DNA of 64,000 nt from Octopus vulgaris (lineage: Eukaryota): the NCBI GenBank assembly GCA_951406725.2, contig OX597818.1, forward strand, positions 14,198,001 through 14,262,000, read 5' to 3'. The notes beneath the pieces were generated by a model. That model searched no databases. It was given only the letters and a program-made list of their open reading frames with translations, and was not told the DNA's origin. The position numbers were made by a program, and so were the translations under genes. Positions 1-15,727 of this stretch are shown piece after piece; position 1 is the stretch's first letter; each line of letters opens with the position of its first letter.

Positions 1-283
1 GGTAAAGTTGACGTCGGCAGAATTTGAACTCAGAATGTAAAGACAGACGAAATACCTATTTCTTTACTACCCACAAGGGGATAAACACAGAGGAGACAAA
101 CAAGGACAGAAAGACGGATTAAGTCGATTATATCGACCCCAGTGCGTAACTGGTACTTATTTAATCGACCTCGAAAGATGAAAGGCAAAGTCGACCTCGG
201 CAGAATTTGAACTCAGAATGTAACGGCAGACGAAATACTACTGAGCATTTCACCGGACATGCTAACGTTTCTGCCAGCTCTCC
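1..283 (-). mobile_element. tRNA-derived SINE with Deu/Nin-like core: one full copy (57-283) plus an adjacent partial copy (1-56)
   Basis: Reverse complement reads GAGCTGGCAGAAACGTTAGCA (A-box-like), GAGTTCAAATTC (B-box-like), then GCCTTTCATCTTTCGAGGTCGATTAAATAAGTACC. Matches the + copy at 18905-19138. Confidence 0.85.
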
Positions 284-1959
284 GTTTTTTACTCTTTTTG
301 TAACAAATGTTGCTAAATAGATAACTAGCATCCGGTTTTGATATTGTAGAAGGTGCGAGCACATATCGCTTTCTGGTAAATTATCTATATCAGAAATCAT
401 ATTAATTTAAGTGTAATTTTAGGGATAACAGTTTCTTTGAGCAACACAGTATTTTGAAGCTGTAAGCCAAAATGTTTCCATCAGCTGGATTATTGAATGT
501 TAAAAAAATGTTGACAAAATATTTTACTTAGCACATGTGAAGTACTGCAACGATATAGGTGCCAACTAAATTAACGATAGAGACTCGGCGTTGCCTGACT
601 GTATTAAGAATAAGAATACACAAATAATGTTTGGTTAATATCAAGGTACACTATATACAAATGTATTCGATATCAGTGATGATATTTCAGTAGGGAATTA
701 TGGTGTAATTTTGTAATAAGTGACTTTCTCAGTAACTGATCTCCTCACCTTCGATACACAAATGCTGGATGAAATATTTTTACTCCATATAAAGCAAGAA
801 TTTGAATGGGAAACAAAACATGATATTGTTCTTAAAGTTATTTGCTTGTATAACGAGCACAAACGCAGAACTTTTAATACAAAATATAGTTGAATTACAC
901 TATGCTCCTGTTTTCTAGCTTCTTTCAAGGAAACATTCAAACCCGGGTCTTCACAACAGATAATGAAGTTATAAAATAAAAGACATTTCTTTTATATATA
1001 TTCCAACACATTACATGTCTCTTTCATTTAGGAAGCTACACCATGGTTCGGATTATTTAACGTGAAATGATATTAACGAGAATTAGATGAAGCTATTAGC
1101 ATCCTTTCTTGTTCTAAATCATTTAATTAAAAGTGAGCATTTAAATTTTAATTGGAAATTAATCAGTATACTATTGAGTCATGAAATGGACATTGTTTAA
1201 ACGTCTGCAAATAATCAGACAAATATTCAGTTAAAGAGATTGGGAAACTTTATAAGGGAAATATTTTGAAATTACTTCTAGATTCTTGTAACCAACCTTT
1301 TCTTCTCTCTTGCTGTTTTTGTTATTGTTCATAGATCTTTTTTTTTCAACATTTTAAGGAACTTATTTGCATTTACACAAGAAATTATTTTTCGAATTGA
1401 ATGCATTAGAATATATGTATATTTTAGATTCATTCTATGCTCGGTTTAAACATACAGAAATGGTTTGGCATAATGTATTCCAATAATTCAAAGACAATTC
1501 CCTCTTGTTTAGAGTTCATATCAGATGTTACATTCTAAATTGATCGTAAGATCTGAACAGTAGTCAATATTTCCATTAGAGGTCATGTGTTTCATTTGAA
1601 GCAAAAAACGGAACATAATATATTCGCTGTATATTTAGTATAGTGATCTAAGTATCTTTATGAATAATATGATATAGCATTAACACATTTAGCATAGTGT
1701 TTGTGTGTGTGTGTATGTGTCTGTGTGCGTGTACGTGTCTATGTATATGTGTAGATCTACATGTATCGATGTCAGTCGATATGCACATATGTATGTATGC
1801 ATGTATGGGTCTGTATCTATGTGTGTGCATACATATGTACGTAAGAGAGTCGATATATAAATGTATATATTTGAAACAACCTCGATGCAGATAAAGTTAT
1901 GAAAAATAGCTTTTTCAAAAACTGAATTCATGTTCCTTCGAAGATTATAAATTCTTATG

Positions 1960-2750
1960 ACATCGTTGTTTTCTTCTGCTCTAATATTGTGTTCGCATCC
2001 AATCAGTCCTCTTCCCCCTCATTTTCTTGGCACATACAATCTGTCTGTGTCACCTTTTGAGTGGAGTATCCCATATCTAGTTAGCAACGTACTTGTCTTC
2101 CTGTCGAAGTTGTTTAGTTCGTCTACTGTCCATGCGATTACCCCTTTTCCATAGCAAAGAGTGAAACTGCCCAGGTTTTGATAGCTTCAATGTTATTCCA
2201 TCCGTTTAAGGATAAGTCTCAGTATGCGCAAGTACTCCACCTTAACATTTTCTGTTATTTCCTTCTCCATCGGTTTGGCACATACATTTTGCTTGATGGT
2301 TTCAATGTCAAGTACCATTCTCATATATTTTTTCTTTAATTTTTGTATGCTTGGTAGTCTTGTCAAACTTAAGGTTTTTCAAATATTCTATGTCAGATCT
2401 AAGAAGCTTAATTAGGCGTTGAATACGCTCTTGCCAAGAAAGCGTTTAGTAGGAATGTTGCCGTTTTCTAATCTTTTCACCGTATACAATCGTTGAGATT
2501 TCCGCGAATACGTAGTACAGGTGGTTGAGATCTGTAATATCAACATCATTAGCTGAAATTATATCTCTAAGGGCAACGCGGATTTTAGCAATTACTTTCA
2601 GGTTTTGGTTAGAATTGCGAATTTTTGGGAGAGCATCACGTTCATCCGTACTGGTTTCTTTAATTTTCAGCCATTTAATCATGATTTGATTTTATAGATC
2701 ATGTAGTTCTGTTAGGTCAATATTTGTGTGACCTTCTTCATCTATTTGAT
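1960..2750 (-). mobile_element. R4/Dong-like non-LTR retrotransposon remnant lacking the RT
   Basis: N-terminal region ALPKI...ITDLNHLYY...SWQERIQRLIKLLRSDI...TIKQNVCAK joins at about 2275 directly to post-RT motifs EYLRILRLILK...WTVDELNNFDRKTSTLLTRYGILHSKGDTDRLYVPRK*GGRGL. The latter is homologous to the 3653-5251 ORF. Confidence 0.8.
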
Positions 2751-2846
2751 TTTCATCTGCCTTAGTGTTTATGGTTGGTTCAGAGAGTATTTCACTTTGC
2801 CTATCAAATACATTAACTCTTTCAATCATTATTAACTCTTTCAATC

Positions 2847-3172
2847 AGTGGTTAGAGCGTCGAGCTTACGATCGTGAGGTTGTGAGCTCGAATCCCGGAC
2901 CGGGCTGCGTGTTGTGTTTTTGAGCAAGACACTTTATTTCACGTTGCTCCAGTTCACTCAGCTGTAGAAATGAGTTGCGACGTCACAGGTGCCAAGCTGT
3001 ATCGGTCCTTGCCTTTCCCTTGGACAACATCGGTGACGTGGAGAGGGGAGGCCGGTATGCATGGGCAACTGCTGGTCTTCCATAAAAACAACCTTGCCCA
3101 GACTTGTGCATCAGAGGGTAACTCTCTGTGTGCAAACCCATGGTCAGTGTCTGACCGAAGGGGGTCACAACA
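2847..3172 (+). mobile_element. tRNA-derived SINE with CORE-like domain, ending in (TTA)n
   Basis: AGTGGTTAGAGCG (A box), GCTCGAATCCC (B box), TTGTGTTTTTGAGCAAGACACTT (CORE-like). A related copy lies on the - strand at 47625-47830. Confidence 0.75.
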
Positions 3173-3173
3173 A

Positions 3174-5254
<2,081 letters not shown>

Positions 5255-5339
<85 letters not shown>

Positions 5340-5360
5340 TCATTATTATTATTATTATCA

Positions 5361-5412
<52 letters not shown>

Positions 5413-5459
5413 TAGTACTATTATTACTATTATTATTATTATTATTATTATTATTATCA

Positions 5460-5493
<34 letters not shown>

Positions 5494-5498
5494 CATCA

Positions 5499-5536
<38 letters not shown>

Positions 5537-5562
5537 GTTATTATTATTATTATTATTATTAC

Positions 5563-5620
<58 letters not shown>

Positions 5621-5688
5621 GTTATTATTACATCATCATCATCATCATCATCATCATTATCGCCGTCGTCGTCATCATCATTATTATG

Positions 5689-5751
<63 letters not shown>
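5255..5751. repeat. Long (TTA)n microsatellite with TCA/TCG interruptions
   Basis: Direct reading. Confidence 0.98.
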
Positions 5752-5752
<1 letters not shown>

Positions 5753-5807
5753 TTTCCTCTGTGTTTACGACCTTTTATCTTCTAGATTTTTAGTAAAAAC
5801 TATATCT

Positions 5808-6008
5808 CATTTTCTGTTTTGTCTGGAGGGAATCAATTTTTTTTGTGTTTTATAATTTAACACGCTCACCGGTAAAATTTCCACTCATTTACATATTTAT
5901 TTTTGTATAGAAAAATAAACAAGTAAATGAGTGGAAATTTTGCCGGAGCCTGTGTTAAGTTATAAGGCACTAAAAGAAAATCACTTTTCCCAGACAAACA
6001 GAATATGC
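5808..6008. repeat. About 200-bp imperfect palindrome (foldback/MITE-like element)
   Basis: Left arm CATTTTCTGTTTTGTCTGG...TATAATTTAACAC...CCGGTAAAATTTCCACTCATTT pairs with right arm AAATGAGTGGAAATTTTGCCGG...GTGTTAAGTTATA...CCAGACAAACAGAATATG. Same family at 59397-59720 and 59893-60005. Confidence 0.75.
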
Positions 6009-9000
6009 TTCAACATACGAACGCACATAAAAAATCTTGCAAACCATATCCTAAAACGAAATATATCTCGTTTCTTTTATTTTACTAATAATATATACTA
6101 GTTACTTATATTGTTAAAATTTCTTTCCATTTGTTAGAAAATCCTTTTATTAAATTATATGAATTTTGTTATTATTATCTTCCATAATATTTTAATATCT
6201 TGAATTTATATTCCTAGAACGTTACATCGAGGATTTAGCCTTTAACAAATACTTTCACCTGAGGACGTAACTAAATTCTGCATTATTTTGAAGGATTGTT
6301 TGCGTGTTCTGTTAATTTAGGCATGTTGGTAATCTATCTATTATTAAATATAATATAAATTATTTACTTGATTTTAAGTTGTGAAACAATTTGTTGTGAT
6401 ATTACATTACTTATTGCTGAATAAAGTTTCATGAAACTATTGCTCTGTCATTTATAACTTTATACACTCCTCACCGTTTTCTCTTGCATCGTGCTAGGTA
6501 ATCTATATGTTTTGTAGAATATTACTTTAGGGTGCTTTTTCTGAGTACTGCAGAATTACTTTAATCCATATATTGTGACATAGAAATATATATATACATT
6601 ATCTTTTAATAGTTACCGTCATTATATTAGGCATGGACGTAAATGAAATTTACGAATTGAAATGTGGTTGCAGATAGACACAATGAACCGCCTAACAAAA
6701 AAATTCTTCATTTATGTGAAAACTCATAGAATTAGCTACGATGCAATGATGTGCTAATCCAAATTAACCTCCCAAATATGCTATACCGGGACTTCAGTTA
6801 TCTACACTTGTCATGTGTAAGTTGTGAAGTTGTTAATATCGATACAGACACGTGTTCTATTTCAAAGTTAAATTTTGGCGATTGTCCACAGATTAATAAG
6901 AAACCAAATCAGTCATGGTGTCAACAAGAATATGTTGGTAACACACACACGCACACGCATACACACACACACACATACACACACATACACACACACCACG
7001 TAGCCTCTACATTCCTTTCTTTTGTTCAAAGTAGCAGAATAAAAATACTTCAGGCGAGTGTTCGGTATATTAAATGCACATACAAGAATACTTGAAATTT
7101 TCAAAGCAATTAACTGACAAAATCATGTAACAATACTTAAAATTTTAACTATTAATTGTGATTAGGTTTTATAAATGAATTGAAGTGTTAAGACTTAATT
7201 GCTTAGATATCTCTATCAAGCGAAATCTTTCATTGCAGCAGAAGACCTCAACATTTATATTAGTGTTCATGTTTATCTGTGTGAACGTGTAGTTTGGTGT
7301 GTGCAGAGAGTGTATGCAGCATTTTACTGTCACAGTTTCGTTTCTACAGCAACATGTTACACTATGACTTGATGTCTATTTCTAGCAGATGAGTGTCCAT
7401 TTCTGCTCCATGCATAGTTAAAAACGCATGTCGTATCGGGACTTCTCACTGAGAGGATTATTAGTGTATAGGTCGTTTCTTATCCTGGGTCTTTATCCCA
7501 TGAATTCAAATCCTGCAAAGACAATCTTTTGCGTTTCACCAACCACGTGACAATAAAATAAAATACCTGAGAAGTACTGCCCCTGTGTAATGGTCTTGTA
7601 CCCACACTTTGAATATCTAGGCTGTTCATTATGTTAGAGAGGTGTCATAATGATATGTCTTTTCACTCCATTATTTGCCATTAAAATATTCAGATAAACC
7701 TCTCGCCGTTTGCTAGACTTCTGTTCACTGGGAATATTGGTAGTACCTAAGTTGACAAGTAATATCAAACAACGTCTATGAATAATTCTTATCAACATAT
7801 AAGGCAAAAATTTCGCATTGATATTGTCAGTCATCTTTATCGTTTCATCTCCGTTTCATATACCATCGTTCTATATTCTTATTCTATTTCTCTTTCTTGT
7901 GATATTTGTATTTCCTCGTTACCTCAAGTGTCTTTTCCATCTTTTTACGTCAGCTGTTATCTGATTAGATGATTTTGTTCATGCTGTACGCAGTAAAATA
8001 GCTTACGTATATTTATTTGCAGGTTTCAAATGTATTATATATGAACATATTCATGTTCTAATCGCATTTTAGTAAAAACGCTGCAATTAATTTTTAATTA
8101 TATTTTACAATCCAAATTAGAATTTCTGAAAAACAATCCATAGTAAAGAGCGTAGTTTCTAAATACACTTGAAAGAACATAATGAAACTGCGAGAAAGTA
8201 TTAATGAAGAGCATGTGATGTGAGCATTGTGATTCCATTTCTGAAAGAAATGCTTTCAAAGTCAATCTATTTCAGAGTATATTCGACTACACGTTTTCGT
8301 TGAACAGAAACTTTTAGATGGGAACATTCTTACCTTATCACAATGAGCATCAGATCGGCAAAGACGTTTTTCGCCATTTTCAATGTGTTTCATGGTTATG
8401 GTCTTCCAAATGAAGATCGGCCAAATAATTCAGTTTCATTCAGGAACTGACATAATGTTTGAATATTGCAGTTTGCCTCTGAAAACATTACTTGTACAAA
8501 CTTCAATGCTTTATTTGACACCAGTACTGTGCAGTCAGACACTATGCTGCACCATTTGAAATCGATGTCACAAGTCACGTACATACGTGTAATCCCAGCA
8601 AAACATCCTATGCATTTATTGTCGTTCTACATCATCACTTTTTCAAATAGTCTTGTGACATATTTTCTCTTATTCTCTTCATTCTAGATGGGGTCATTAA
8701 TTTGACATGCTACATCAAACAACCCTATTACACGTATGCCTCGCAAATGACTGCTGGTTCTTGTTCCTAATATTCACTGACGTACAAGAATCCATGTAGT
8801 TTACATGCTTCTTGAGATGTTGCTTACGCTCACACCAAAGCACTTGAGAGTCTCAAATGGGGCTGAGTTATTGACAATCTAGAAAAATAAATGCAAGAAG
8901 AGAATTTCTTGTTTTGAAATGGGGTATAATGATGCTGGTAGTTTTCGTATTGTTTATGTGCACATTTAAAGAGAGAGATGTACGCGTGAGTTTTAGGGAT

Positions 9001-9427
9001 TTCGATGAAGTATGTCCTGTAATTTCATGAAAATATTAAACTATAATACGCTTTGGACATTGATGCATCACGGATTTGCCGCTGTTTCGTTAGTGTCCTT
9101 GTGATAAATCCACATATGTTTTGTAAGGTTACTGAACTAGCAGTAGTCTATAGTATAAGAAAAACTTAATTTTACTGCAATCTCCGAACTTACACTGTGA
9201 ATCGCTTAATTGTACAAATGAAAGCTTTGAAATTGTCAACTTAACGGTTGTACATGAAAAAGCAAATACTTAAAAAATTTAGAAGGCATTTTATCCACTC
9301 CTGCTGCTTCTGAAGGTCACTTCTTCAAGTTACCTTTTTAGCTAGGTCCTCTCTTATGGTCATATATTCTACTGTACCAGGCTGGCGACTTTGCTGTTCT
9401 TCAGTTTATTGGCCTTCTGCAAGAGCA

Positions 9428-9558
9428 GTTCATTTTATCGATCACGAAAGGATGAAAAGAAAAATTGACCTCGGTGTAATTTGAATTCAGAACGTAACGA
9501 CACACAAAATGCCGCTAGCAATTTTGCTCGGCGTGCTAAGGAATCTGCCATCCCGCCT
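9428..9558 (-). mobile_element. Diverged Deu/Nin-core SINE (5' part)
   Basis: Similar to 57-283 and 18905-19138. Confidence 0.75.
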
Positions 9559-9726
9559 TGTGATATTAGCATACTTTGGGATTGTTTGTATGTGTGCCCT
9601 CCATACTAACATGGCTGGATTTTCGTAATAGCTAGCTGTAGCTGTGTTCCCGTGAAATATTGTATATGCTCCATTAGTCTACAGTAAATATGTGTTAGAA
9701 TACCTACACACACAAACACACATACA

Positions 9727-9782
9727 GATCGATAGATAGATAAACAGACAGACAGACAGATCAACACACAGATAGATAGATG

Positions 9783-9845
<63 letters not shown>
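9727..9845. repeat. (GATA)n/(GACA)n microsatellite
   Basis: Direct reading. Confidence 0.97.
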
Positions 9846-11479
9846 GCCTGTTTTACTGAGGGTGCGTGGGTATATGCGTTAAGTATAAATTTTTGACTGT
9901 TTGCAACCTGCGGTATAAAATATGCAAGCTTATAATGATAATAGTCTATCAATAACGAAGCAGCTAATTTCTATACTTAGGAGACAGACACTATAATTAG
10001 CCGTGAAAAATCACAACCATGATGGTGTGGACAGGATCCTACGATTATATTCATCATAATGTTCAAGCTTTTATTAAGGTTACAATAATTATGTCTATAA
10101 GAGATGTCTTTAAATATATTATTTGTTTCCGTTTTTGTATCATGTGAATTATGCTATTACTGTAATTACTACGATGCAGAGAGCATTTGCTGAAATTAGT
10201 ATTTCTATTTTTCTGCAGTATAAATTATTCAATCATTCCTAAACTCTGTTATTTTTCAATTGTTACAAGTTATTTTAGCAATAATATATGACGCTTATAT
10301 ATTCCATTGATATATGCGCATTTCACCGGAGAATTTATATAAAGAATTTTTGATGCGACAACCAAATAATTTCAATGATTAACTCTGAAATTCCAGTTCT
10401 GGAATTTATCTCCCTCAACAGGATATGCAATGCACTTCCAAAATTACATTAATATAGGAATCAATTATCATCATACTGTAACCGTATGATAATATGATCC
10501 TTTATATTCTCTGCTATAATTGTTGGCATTTTCAAATTTAGCTTGTATAGAGTAATGCACTAAACGCATCAACATTTCAGATCCGATTAATGGCCTCAGC
10601 ATCTAAAAATGTAATGAATTCATTTTCATACGCTTTCTGTATATTTTCTTGAGATCACTACTAACTTACTTCACTACAAACTTTACTATTTCGCATTGTC
10701 TAAGAAATTTTGCATTCTCTAAGAAACAGTTTTCCGGTTATATTAAATCAACTTTATAACACACTTCTGAATGACTGAAGTGTTCAAAATTATTCATTTC
10801 CCAATAACTTGACATTAAAGTTCAGAAACCGTCCTCTGTCTATCTGCAATGAGTTCAATGCACAATGCCGTCAAAGGAGAACCTAATAAACGCCATAATA
10901 TCGAGTGAATAAGAAAATTGACTGAAACCGTTACGTCACTGCTCCAAAACAGTGTTTTGGAGATCTCGTTTTACATATATACTTGAATAACAACCAAATA
11001 ACCCACTCTTTAAATATGCACTGAACATGTTATTCACATCTGTCAGCCGTGCTTATGTATTAGCATGAAGTTGTAAGAGACACTTTCAAACAGTTTGGGT
11101 CATATATGGCTTCAGTTACTGCATATAAACCATTGATAGGTCAATATAATTGTCAACATCCTATGCATCGATGTTGACAGATTTGGTTTCTTATGGTTGA
11201 ATAATGTCTTGATTTAATGGATGACAAATATCTCCGGGTTATTAAGTACATGGCTGAGAAGTAAATGGGAAAATTGGGAAAATAGGATTTCAATGAAAAT
11301 GTTTTGAAAATTCTAACACTTTGACAAGAAAGCAATGACTAGATAGATAGCAATAAATAGATAAATATATAAACTTGTGTAGATAAGTAAAATAAGTTGT
11401 AGAGATCTGTATATGTAGGTTGATTATATCTGTTTATACATGTATGTAAATAAGAGAAACAAATTATGCTGCTATTGTT

Positions 11480-13550
11480 TTTCCTTTAAAATAATTAAAA
11501 CATTTTCGCCGGTAATCTGGAAATGTATGAGAATTATATGCTACAGTAGTAACTTTTATTGCGCGTTTATAATGTGCAGCTTTGGGTAATGAAAGTTTCA
11601 ACAACAAAAGTCATATAAAAAAGTATACTTAGATGACGAAGGAATTAATTTGTTAAAAGCAGACTACGAACAAATTCTCCAATCCAAAACTGATAAATCT
11701 ATAGTTTGTACATTATTTAATAAAAATAATGAAAAAGTGAAAGAATAAAATTATGTTAAGGATAGAAAGTTCAAAATATTTCCATCATGCATTTAACGCA
11801 TTAGAGAAATACATTTTTTTGTCTTATGGTGAAATTGCTGCTGGAAATGAAGGATAAAATACTAATGGCTGCATGTATTGATTCCTTTTAGCATGATTTT
11901 ATTTTGTTGTGGTTTATAGGCGCGGGATAATGTGAGAAAGCTAATAAATAGTTAACATATTTCTGCATGCAATTATAACGGTAAAGCATGGTAAAAAAAA
12001 TCCATCTAAACATTTTTCTGTGTGCTCACATTATATCGATTTGCATCTGGTTATTGTAGTTTCGTTATCACAGATATTGCAGCAAAATTTCCTGTCAGAT
12101 CATTGAAAAGATATAATACATACGCGATCTAAAGTGGGCATAGCTTCCCTATTAGAGTAACCGTCATTAAATTTATAGAAATTTCTTGCAACTGCCTATG
12201 GATCCCTAGAGATGTTCATATAGGTATTGAAGAGTAAGGAATACGTATTGATGTTTCTCCCAACTACTTTTCCCAGGCCTAAAATGAGCATTTAATTTGG
12301 TAGTGCACGCTAACAAAACATTCATGCATTTATTTTGAAACAATAGTTTACTTTTTTCTCTCTCTGAAAGCAATCGATTGTCAGATAACAGTATGTGGAT
12401 TGTTAAACTTGATAATTAACAAGTTTCTTTGACAGAAACGATGTTAAAGTAACAGTCGATATTTTGTTACTAACAATTCAGTAACAAATATACCGACATT
12501 TTAAGTATTGCTGTTGTTTGACACTTTTTAGCAGTTCTATGATGAAAATCCCTAACTTTAAAGGGGTCTTCTTTTTATACAGCTAAATTTTCCAGAACTC
12601 GGTTATTTAATGCTCTCTTCCTTTTCTCCAATCAAGGGTATATTTTGTCTGAAGGAGACTTAACTACTTCGCATAGTAGATTGCACGAGTATATATATGC
12701 TATCTCGCTACCTCATGAATGTGGTATTAAAAATAGCTTACTCATCTGTGACGTTTGAATTTTTCAGTGGATACTTAATTGGGATTCAAGTTCCCCGCTT
12801 CTCTTTACACTTTTCTACTCTATATTTTCATTCAAATTGTTAAATTCCCGAAAACTTACTCTTACTGTTTTCAATCGCGAAAGCGCCTTTAAGATCAATA
12901 AGTTTTCGCAAACTCTATACAAACAGGATTGTCACGAACTAAATACTTTCGATGAGATACCTTGAGTTTCTTACTAGTTTGGAAATGGAGATTAAATACT
13001 GATAAACACATTCTGATCGTTAGCTTATCTCATGGTTTTCATGTTGTGAGTGTGATTGCAAGGACACGTGGCGTGTTATATTCTTAATAGAGTACTTCAT
13101 TACATGTTTCCTCAGTCTACTCACCTCAAATACATACAAGCCACGGGTTGCAGCAGCCCTTTTACCATCTAACTGTTGTATCCTGAATGTTCCTCTAAGT
13201 GGAAGATAGGAGGACAGAAAGGTTGGGTATGTCTGCTTGCAACTACATAGGAACCTAAAACTCGACACCAAAGCTTATTCCATTGCTGTGATGACCGCAC
13301 ATTTTTGGTTTTGGCACATTAATAATTGAGATTATCAAATGTAATACAGATTTAGGAATATTTCTCATGTCAAGGTTCCCTCTTTGACATAAGACATGCA
13401 AATTCTTCTACTTTATCAGTTCTGTTAACGTTTCTTTAGCTTTGTATGTTCAGTTCAAGTATTCCTATTGAAATTAGCTACTACAGACGTATTCTTATTA
13501 TTGAATAAATCTACTTTCACATTATATATTCATTTCAAAGCAGATTGACT
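11480..13550 (-). pseudogene. Decayed LRR-receptor (TLR-like) pseudogene (copy 3, C-terminal part)
   Basis: LRRs QGISSKVFSS*QS (about 12925-12965), SNKISTVTLTSF (12436-12472), ILLSDNRLLS (about 12366-12395); LRRCT-like DLTGN/FCCNIC (about 12070-12102); hydrophobic LSILFYMTFVVETFI followed by YKRAIK (about 11555-11632). Confidence 0.4.
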
Positions 13551-13634
13551 ACGAATGATGTTATAATGCCTTCATTGCTTCCAATTCATACGATTATGGA
13601 TTTATATAGGATTTTCGAATATATTTTCATCATC

Positions 13635-13792
<158 letters not shown>

Positions 13793-13999
13793 GTGATTAT
13801 TGTTTATCACCAGCGATGGTCGTTTTGGTGAAGTTCCGTAAGTTTGTTTTAGCTAATTAGAAGTTTAATTTTGTTAATTTTACTGATTCATATCGTTTCA
13901 ACATTGACCTGGACCATATTCGTCTGCTAAACTGTTTGGTTTACTACCGCTATGGTGCATAAAAACTGCAGAGAAAAGTTTCTTTCCGAGGCATAAAAT

Positions 14000-15660
14000 T
14001 CTGGCAACATGGCGTCGTTTTCGTCAGCGAGTCAAGAGTAGGCGAGAGGAAACTTTGCAGACGAGATTGCCTTTCGCTGTCACTTTTTCCCCCAAAATTT
14101 TCCATACATAAAAACAGTAGCAGCGGTATTAGTTGCAACTTCAACAGCAAATATAAGAACAATAACAACAACAACAACAACAACAACAACAGCAACAGTA
14201 AAAGCAACAAGCACAATGACACCGAGTAACGAAACTCGAAAAATAAGCAGGAGCAGTAAATTGTGCAATGTGAACAACACCACTAACACCACCATAATAA
14301 AAATAAGAAATGATAATAGTGAAAACGATGGTTCAAACAATACCAACCGCGTTAAAAAAGTACACAAACTTATCTGTTTTGAAAAACCATCGATGTATTT
14401 GATGTGATATATATCTAAAAGATAGGTAAGAGTATACTGAGGAAAACGAACAAAAAGAAGACTGCATTAAATATAATACAAACCTTTTAGACAAAACGCA
14501 AAAGAAAACTGCTTTCTATAGATGCAGGTCTACAAAAGAGACAGGCTGGAATGCTTCTATTCATGGCAACTTGCTCTACTTTAAAAATATATTTTAGTGT
14601 TGTCAGCTACACTCAAAAATTCAACTATATCAGGGTTATCTTTCATCCACTAACCCTTGTCAATAATACTCTACGTTCTACAAAAACTGAAGATTTTACC
14701 AATTTACATGGAACAGAGAGTGATCCGAGTAAATATTTCAAATATATTACCATCACTTGATTTCTGGTAATGTGGTTAATCTTGAGGTGTTAGAACATTC
14801 CAGCACACTTAAGATTTAAACTAGAGAACTGAGTGAAGATAGGACTGGAAATTTTAATTCCAGTGAAACGGGAGACACTGTATAAATTCTGATCCATTAG
14901 AGATTTTAGAAGAGCAGAAACTGCAGGCGGTTGTGGAAGGCAGAAAACTACCATGCCACTTTTGTGGGAACTCCAGCCAACTCAAAGCCTACAAAAACAA
15001 GAACGAATAACTGCCGAAAGGATTGCCAACACCACAACTTCAATACTGACAAAAGCAGCAGCAACCACAACAGCAGTATACTACAGCATCAAAAGTGGTT
15101 GCAACACCCACCAAAGCACAAGAACACCACAAACAACACCAAAAGTGGAAACAACATCAACAAACAACAACAAAGCAAACACGGCCTTTAAGAGAAAACA
15201 TATCACCAATTGCAGCAGCATCTACAAGACCCCCAAACAACTTATCGATAAAACAATGAGGCTTAAAACATGACCCTATTCGTTTGGACCCACCCAGTCA
15301 TGTCTTTTAATGAAGAGGGTGATGAAGAACCTAACTGGCAAAATGTCACCAAGGCAGACAAGAGGAAAATAAGCAAAAATATACCAACACAAAAATGGCA
15401 GATATGAATAAATAGGGACGTCACCTTCCCCAACAACACCTACACAATTATGGACAAAATCATCGCCCTAGTTATCACCGTCACCACGATCATATTGTTC
15501 ATCACAACTTCAACCCTGTTCCCACTAACAACTGCACTGCCGTATCGCATGCTAAAGCGATGAAAAAATACATTATTTACTATACCGTCACAAACAGAAA
15601 CGAAATAGGACTAAAGAACCACATACAGAAAAGTACTAAAATCACCAATAGAAACTACAT
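14000..15660 (+). mobile_element. Degenerate Tx1/L1-type LINE 5' region and ORF1 remnant
   Basis: LKILPIYMEQRVIRV (14687-14731) and LQAVVEGRKLPCHFCG (14921-14968) parallel IILLPTYMGRKPSKIV and QVIVEGSKHRCYECG in ORF1 of the 31429-35660 element. Confidence 0.6.
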
Positions 15661-15666
15661 AACATC

Positions 15667-15674
15667 AATAATAA

Positions 15675-15727
<53 letters not shown>

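Larger units (their letters stand above)
7630..11340 (-). pseudogene. Decayed TLR-like pseudogene (copy 2)
   Basis: LRRNT-like LSCQSV...FPNFPIYFSAMYL...LSSIKS (ORF 11153-11335); LRR MNSLHF/DAEAINRI*NVDAFSAL (about 10553-10625); YVTCDIDFKW (about 8552-8582); LRR LADLHLEDHN/MKHIENG/NVFADL (about 8350-8425); TIR box1-like EIFALYVDKNYS*TLFDITCQL (7746-7814). Confidence 0.4.

Noticed and set aside
2813-2847. 16-bp direct repeat before the SINE as a TSD
   Set aside because: Both copies lie on the same side of the SINE, so it is a local tandem duplication and not a TSD.
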